Of a DNA stretch of 55,048 nucleotides, positions 49,055 to 55,048 are shown piece after piece (the stretch's first letter is position 1; the number at the start of each line of letters is the position of its first letter). The notes beneath the pieces were generated by a model, which saw only the letters and a list, made by a program, of their open reading frames with translations, was not told the DNA's origin and did not search any database. The stretch is from Octopus bimaculoides (lineage: Eukaryota). Location: assembly GCF_001194135.2 (NCBI RefSeq), contig NC_068985.1, forward strand, positions 33,112,603 through 33,167,650. The letters run 5' to 3'. A program made the translations under genes and the position numbers.

Positions 49055-49838
49055 AATATTTTACAATTATAAACAGAAACAATGGGGGGAGGGGAATGGG
49101 GTTGAAAAATCATGTGTTTTCAATTTTTTTTAAAGTAGCATAAATGTGTTTATGGGAAGAAAAACATCAGTACATGTAAGAGTGACTAAGAAGCGGTCAT
49201 TGGACTATGGCCATGCGGGAGCACTACCTTTTAATCGAACAAATCGACCCCAAAACTTATCTTTATTAAAGACTGACATTTCGAATTGCGGAATTCTGGT
49301 TTAAGCACCCCATATAACTCCTCCTGACATTTTCTTGGAATTTTCAGGGGATTTTTCTGGGGATATGTCAGTGACAAACAAACAAGGATATTATAAGGTG
49401 GTTGTGAGATATACTGAAAATAACAGCTAAATAACCCTTAAATTGCACACAATTTTTTTTTCTGCATAATCGTAATAAGCATTACGATTATGCAGAAACA
49501 TTGGATCTAGGTCTGATCACAGGCAGGAAGAAAGTTATACAATTACTCGGAGGCCCAGAGTCGCAGAATATCCCATCAACGAGCCAGCAATTGGATAATC
49601 CGCGGCTCCAGATGTTTCGTACATCAAACGTTACAGATGTCTGCACATCACGGAATGTACCTGTCAACGTCCATACGAGTCGATTTTCCTTTCTTCTCTT
49701 CGTCGTTCGTTAAATTCTCATCTGCTGGACGGAGTTAAGAGAGTGCATTTAAGCCCTGCATTGCCAGTGTCCTGTGATTCTTGCCCCAGTGTGCTGCATT
49801 TCCGGTTATTAAACTTACAAATCTATTTCGTCTTTAAA

Positions 49839-50990
49839 ATGTCTAGTGCTCCTCCGGTTAAGAGAAAAAGGAAACTGAACGAAGAAGGGTGAGTGTTTTA
49901 AGAAAAATGGGAATTACAGTATTTTTGCACAACGGTGAATGGAAAGATACATTGTTTAATTTGCAACAACAGCATTGCCACGTCAAAAAGACATCATGAA
50001 ACGAACCATCGATTTTACGATAAATATGAAGGGTCAATGCGTGTTTCAAGGCTCAAGGAATTGAAGGCTAACTTGACACAGCAACAGATCTGGTTTACGA
50101 AAAATCAGAAAGGGAATGTCATTTCCGTTACTGCAAGCTATGAACTCATCCGAATGATCACCATTACAATGAAGGCGATTTCGTAAAGCAATGCCTTGTA
50201 GAAACAGCTGAAATTGTGTATCCAGAGAAAGCACACTTATTCAAAGATATTTCATTTACCAGGAACACTGTGGCTGAACGGATTGATGAAATATCAGGTG
50301 ATTTGAAACAACAGTTGAAGGCCGCATCATCAAGATTTGAACATTTTTTCTATTGCTATTGATAAGACCGTTGACATCACTGGAATAGTACAGCTTGCAG
50401 TCATCATCAGGTCCTGTGACAGTAAATTTAATCTTTATGAAGAACTGACTGAACTCTTCCCCATGCATGACACTACAACAAGCCAGGACATTTTTGAGAA
50501 AGTCAAACTGGTTCTGCACGACTATGGTTTTGATTTGAGTAAATTTGCGTGCTTATCTACCGACGCTGCTTCGAATATGGTTGGCAGACGTAATGGTGTT
50601 GCTGCCAAGTTATGAACAAAAATAGACAATTTGCATCCGAATTCTTCATTTGCACATTTTCACTGCATTATTCATCAGCAACATTTGTGTTCAAAGATTT
50701 TAAAATTGGATCATGTGCTTAGTTTGGTCACAAAGACAGTGAAGTATATCAGAGGCCGTGTTCTCAACCACTGTCAATTCAGCCAGTTGTTGGAAGATAT
50801 GGCAGTTCCATTCTACACAAGTCCGCTGGTTGTCATGCTACAAAGTGCTGAAAAGATTTTATTTGTTGTGACAAGAAATAATAATGCTTTTGGAGATAAA
50901 AGGCCAAAACACAGAGGAAATAAAACATGAGGGTATGCTCCAGGATCTGGACAATTAATTGATCTCAATTTGAAATTACAAGGTAATATA
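49839..50990 (+). mobile_element. hAT transposase pseudogene (GTF2IRD2/SPIN/Buster-like)
   Basis: MSSAPPVKRKRKL..CLIC..KRHHETNH; FSIAIDKTVDITGIVQLAVIIR; CLSTDAASNMVG; FHCIIHQQHLC; several frameshifts; C-terminus missing. Confidence 0.88.
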
Positions 50991-51935
50991 TAATTCCTGT
51001 ACATCACCTCCAAACCTCCTAATATATATATATATATATATATATGTAGAAAAAAAACCGGTCACCGTCATTGAACTGAAACATAAAAGAATATAAAAAT
51101 TACACTTTTGCTTTCAACTTGTCATTTTTTTTTTTTACCTCATTATGCCTAGGAAATCTTTCTAAAAAGGTAAGTACAATGCTAATACTAATTACTGAAT
51201 GCAGACTTTTATCGCAGACTCAATCTCTCTCTTTTCAATAAACNNNNNNNNNNNNNNNNNNNNNNNNNNNNNNNNNNNNNNNNNNNNNNNNNNNNNNNNN
51301 NNNNNNNNNNNNNNNNNNNNNNNNNNNNNNNNNNNNNNNNNNNNNNNNNNNNNNNNNNNNNNNNNNNNNNNNNNNNNNNNNNNNNNNNNNNNNNNNNNNN
51401 NNNNNNNNNNNNNNNNNNNNNNNNNNNNNNNNNNNNNNNNNNNNNNNNNNNNNNNNNNNNNNNNNNNNNNNNNNNNNNNNNNNNNNNNNNNNNNNNNNNN
51501 NNNNNNNNNNNNNNNNNNNNNNNNNNNNNNNNNNNNNNNNNNNNNNNNNNNNNNNNNNNNNNNNNNNNNNNNNNNNNNNNNNNNNNNNNNNNNNNNNNNN
51601 NNNNNNNNNNNNNNNNNNNNNNNNNNNNNNNNNNNNNNNNNNNNNNNNNNNNNNNNNNNNNNNNNNNNNNNNNNNNNNNNNNNNNNNNNNNNNNNNNNNN
51701 NNNNNNNNNNNNNNNNNNNNNNNNNNNNNNNNNNNNNNNNNNNNNNNNNNNNNNNNNNNNNNNNNNNNNNNNNNNNNNNNNNNNNNNNNNNNNNNNNNNN
51801 NNNNNNNNNNNNNNNNNNNNNNNNNNNNNNNNNNNNNNNCATTCAATTGTTTCTGTTTATATAATTCTAAAATATTGGAGAGCCTGAGAAGATTATTGCT
51901 GGGATTTATCTACAGTGATTTTAAGGTGGAGCTGG

Positions 51936-52660
51936 ACGGAGATTAACAATATGGCAAACAAAAAAATTAATCAATTTCGAATTTTATATGAAAAACTCCA
52001 AATTTGATCCACACACCCCTCGCCACCCAACAAAAAAGGGTGCACGCGCGCAACAATCTCTACAGCTCAGTGAAAATGAACGGCTGAAACAAGTGGAACA
52101 GCATGTTTTACATACCTGTTGTATATGTCGGTCTTGTTTTTTCGCTTTAAAGATAAACGATTCTCATAGAAACAAACACGATATTAAATAATTCTCCGTC
52201 ATACGTCTACTAAAAATTTTAACAAACTTCCAAAATTGATCCATACACCCCCTCGCCACCCAGCAAAAAGGGTGCATGCGCGCAACAATTTATACAGCCG
52301 ACTGAAAATGAACGGCTGAGGATGTAACCCATGAGCTCCACACATTTTTAGTTAGACGTACGAAATAACAGCCAAATCTCTAGTTTTATTTTTCTTTCTT
52401 TAATTATTTGCTAACAAATTCGGAAATAACAGTTGGGAAAAAAATTTATTTTACAAAATTCCCATAAATAAATCTACAAAAATATCTAATTTGAGCAGTT
52501 CAACATATAAATACAAAGACTAAAATTGAATAACAGAACAGAAGACACTTTACAGGGAAAAAAACGTGCACAATTAAAATGACTTGCAACAAACTGGAAT
52601 TTACTGAGGATAAACCTCAGCAATATGTAATTTTTTGTTTGCCATATTGTTAATTTCCGT
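51936..52660. mobile_element. Non-autonomous TIR element with two ~96-bp internal direct repeats
   Basis: Inverted acgga.attaacaatatggcaaacaaaaaa(a)tta at 51936-51969 and 52628-52660; direct repeats at 51993-52087 and 52224-52319. Confidence 0.65.
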
Positions 52661-53179
52661 ATTTTTCCACGTAGATTGAAAAAAATATTCGGAAAAAGTT
52701 AAAAACTTGGGGTGGCGAATTTCAAATTTCAAAAACGTGATTTTTTTTTGTATATTCGGAATCTCCGTCATCGAAAGCCTATGAATCCGCTGAGAGAAAA
52801 AAAATTCCGAAAGCTCGGTTTGTGTGTGTGTGTGTGGGGGGGGGATTGTTGTCCAGCTCCACCGATTTTAATAAGAGGTATGTAAAAGGGTGATTTATTT
52901 TGATAGCATAATTTTCTTTCAGAAAATGTATTTTTCTTACACACACACACACATATACGGCCTCGTTCGGTTGGGGTGCAAGTCAAAATTTAAATTACCA
53001 TTTTTTTTTTTTGTCTTGCTTATATCCCAGTAATGGACTACGCATTGTTACTTTGGCATCATCATTTCATAAAATGTGTTTATGAACAGAAAAATATTGA
53101 AAAACATCAATAGATGTGAGAGTGAGAAAGAAACGAGAAGGGAGATCTTGGGATGTGCTAGAAACAACCAGATCTCCCT

Positions 53180-53715
53180 TAAATCACAGATTTTCCCCTG
53201 AAATTATTAACAATTTGTCTTTTTTTAAACCGAAAATGTTTTTCTCGCGGGTTTCNNNNNNNNNNNNNNNNNNNNNNNNNNNNNNNNNNNNNNNNNNNNN
53301 NNNNNNNNNNNNNNNNNNNNNNNNNNNNNNNNNNNNNNNNNNNNNNNNNNNNNNNNNNNNNNNNNNNNNNNNNNNNNNNNNNNNNNNNNNNNNNNNNNNN
53401 NNNNNNNNNNNNNNNNNNNNNNNNNNNNNNNNNNNNNNNNNNNNNNNNNNNNNNNNNNNNNNNNNNNNNNNNNNNNNNNNNNNNNNNNNNNNNNTTGTAT
53501 AAAATTTCATTAAAAAATACCCATTTCCTTGAAAGTTATGAGGGAAAATGTCGGGTCGTGTGAATTTTCCGAAACTCCTCTCCTGAGCCCCTCCTCTGAA
53601 AAAGTTTTTCCAACAAATCTTTATAAACACTCAGTCTACAGGATCTAAACGATTATTTGTTGAAAGTTTCATTAAAAAGTATCCATTTTCCTGCAAGTTA
53701 AGGCAACAAAATCAA
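53180..53715 (-). repeat. Further copy of the foldback subrepeat family, around an N gap
   Basis: aaatttcattaaaaaatacccatttccttgaaagttatgagg..gtgaattttccgaaactcctc, similar to 37270-37480. Confidence 0.65.
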
Positions 53716-55048
53716 TGGGGTATACATCTGTAGTTATGCGAAATTTATTGCATGGAGAAAGCTGAATTGTTTTTTTCTATTTGTTTTAGTGCGTCTGTAG
53801 ATCCTGGTATTGGCTACAACGAGGGTGAATCGTGCAGGTATCTCTGGCGATGTTTATTACTTACTTAGAACTAATAAGGTTATTGCTGTAGTTATTGTTC
53901 CCTGTTTTTATTTTTATTTTGCTGGACCTAGTGCGAGTAAGCATTATGTGTTTAGACTGGTGCTGAAGTAGGTTGTGTTGTAGAATTTGCTACTTTAACC
54001 AGCCTTTTAAAAACACATCGCTGTTTCAGTTAGCCACTTGGAGCCACATACTTGCAAAGAACTTCGAGGTTTGTCTATAAGAGCCAAACATTTAACATAA
54101 ATTCAGTCGTGAAATATCAATAATTTCTCCCACTTAAACTAAGCTTGCATCGCAGATTTAAACGAAAACCACCAGATATCGAAGAGACAGTATGACTAAG
54201 GATCTTAAATCTTGTTCCTTTTGAAAACCAAATGTAACTGGAGGAATTTGTGGCAAGGCAGAGATTTTTTTGAATCTATAGTCTCTGAATCTAGAGACCT
54301 TCAGCTAAGACTACTTAGTTGATTCTCATTAATGTCCTGAAGAACTTCGCTGGTCTTTCTCACAAAACTTCTCTAGGTTGCTGAAGTGAAAGTTTCACTG
54401 GCCGTATTCAAAACATTGAATAATGAAAGTGTTTATATCCCTCTGTCGATTTCTTTTTGTGTCGGTTTCTAAGAAATCGAAAATACTTTCAGTTTCCGTT
54501 TCTCGCAGTAGCGCGTATATGAAACTGAAATTTCGTTGTTTCTGTTGCGGTTTTTCATTTTATCTTTTACTTTCGTGTCAATCCGATTTATTCCCTTTGT
54601 ATCAGAGATTAACTATTTCCTTCCATTCTGTTACTCTGTTGGGTGTGTCATAGCCCCATTTAAGAAATATTTGTTGAGCACGTCTGATGAAAAATACCTC
54701 GCTAAGACAAATTACGAAGTATTTATGTCAGTGTGATCTGCGCACAGACTGTACGGGGTATGTTTGGGATCTAGTTTAAAACGGGGGCACCAGTATTTTC
54801 TTAACGAAACACTAACGAAACACTTTGAAACTTGGAACACTGGTAGAATGTGTCATATAAAACATCTTTTACTCTTAGTCTTCTTAACAAAAAAAAAAAG
54901 GAATTTGCAAGTTATTCCATGTTAAAGTTGTCGTATTTCTGTAATTTCAACCAATCACTGACGTCTATTCAGCTGAATAGAGTTACTGCTGGGCGGTCAT
55001 AAAAATGTTATTCCCTGTGACATATTTCATCCGGTTTAATCGTAATTT

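Noticed and set aside
49839-50930. hAT ORFs as a host GTF2IRD2/ZBED gene
   Set aside because: Multiple frameshifts and stops without splice signals to bypass them; C-terminus missing
53900-54760. Possible decayed Chapaev/Sola-like transposase
   Set aside because: Only vague motif echoes; not supportable without a profile search
36531-54805. 39-bp inverted match (36531-36569 versus 54767-54805) as the ends of an 18-kb giant transposon
   Set aside because: The right-hand copy continues as a longer repeat on both sides, no TSD is visible, and similarity outside the 39 bp is weak; two copies of a dispersed repeat is simpler
1-55048. CRISPR arrays, operons, rRNA or other prokaryotic systems
   Set aside because: No regularly spaced repeat-spacer arrays or rRNA-like sequence; the window is intron-containing animal DNA

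Overview
AT-rich, repeat-dense eukaryotic scaffold with several N gaps. The SINE and RTE repeat families look like those of octopus/coleoid cephalopods; this is inferred from recognised repeats, not a search. Two host genes converge. (1) The last coding exon of an unidentified plus-strand gene (1705-2101) has a tyrosine-motif-rich tail. (2) MAT2B lies on the minus strand, with exons at 34678-34741 (5' part lost in a gap), 29636-29750, 25717-25869 and 22631-23085; all visible splice sites are GT-AG and phase-compatible. Most of the rest is transposon debris: RTE, R4/Dong and I/Jockey-like LINEs, tRNA-derived SINEs, two Gypsy remnants, mariner, pogo/Tigger, hAT, piggyBac-like, Helitron-like and foldback elements. 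The most unusual locus is just downstream of MAT2B (20017-22205, minus strand). There a gag/ORF1-only CCHC cassette between 15-bp direct repeats sits directly 5' of a minimal type I hammerhead-ribozyme-like motif, and the whole unit is bounded by 61-bp direct repeats. Other notable items: a spliceosomal intron inside a Tigger transposase, an exact 96-bp mariner copy templated into a neighbouring RTE, a 400-bp palindrome, and a shift in CpG decay near the inferred MAT2B promoter.
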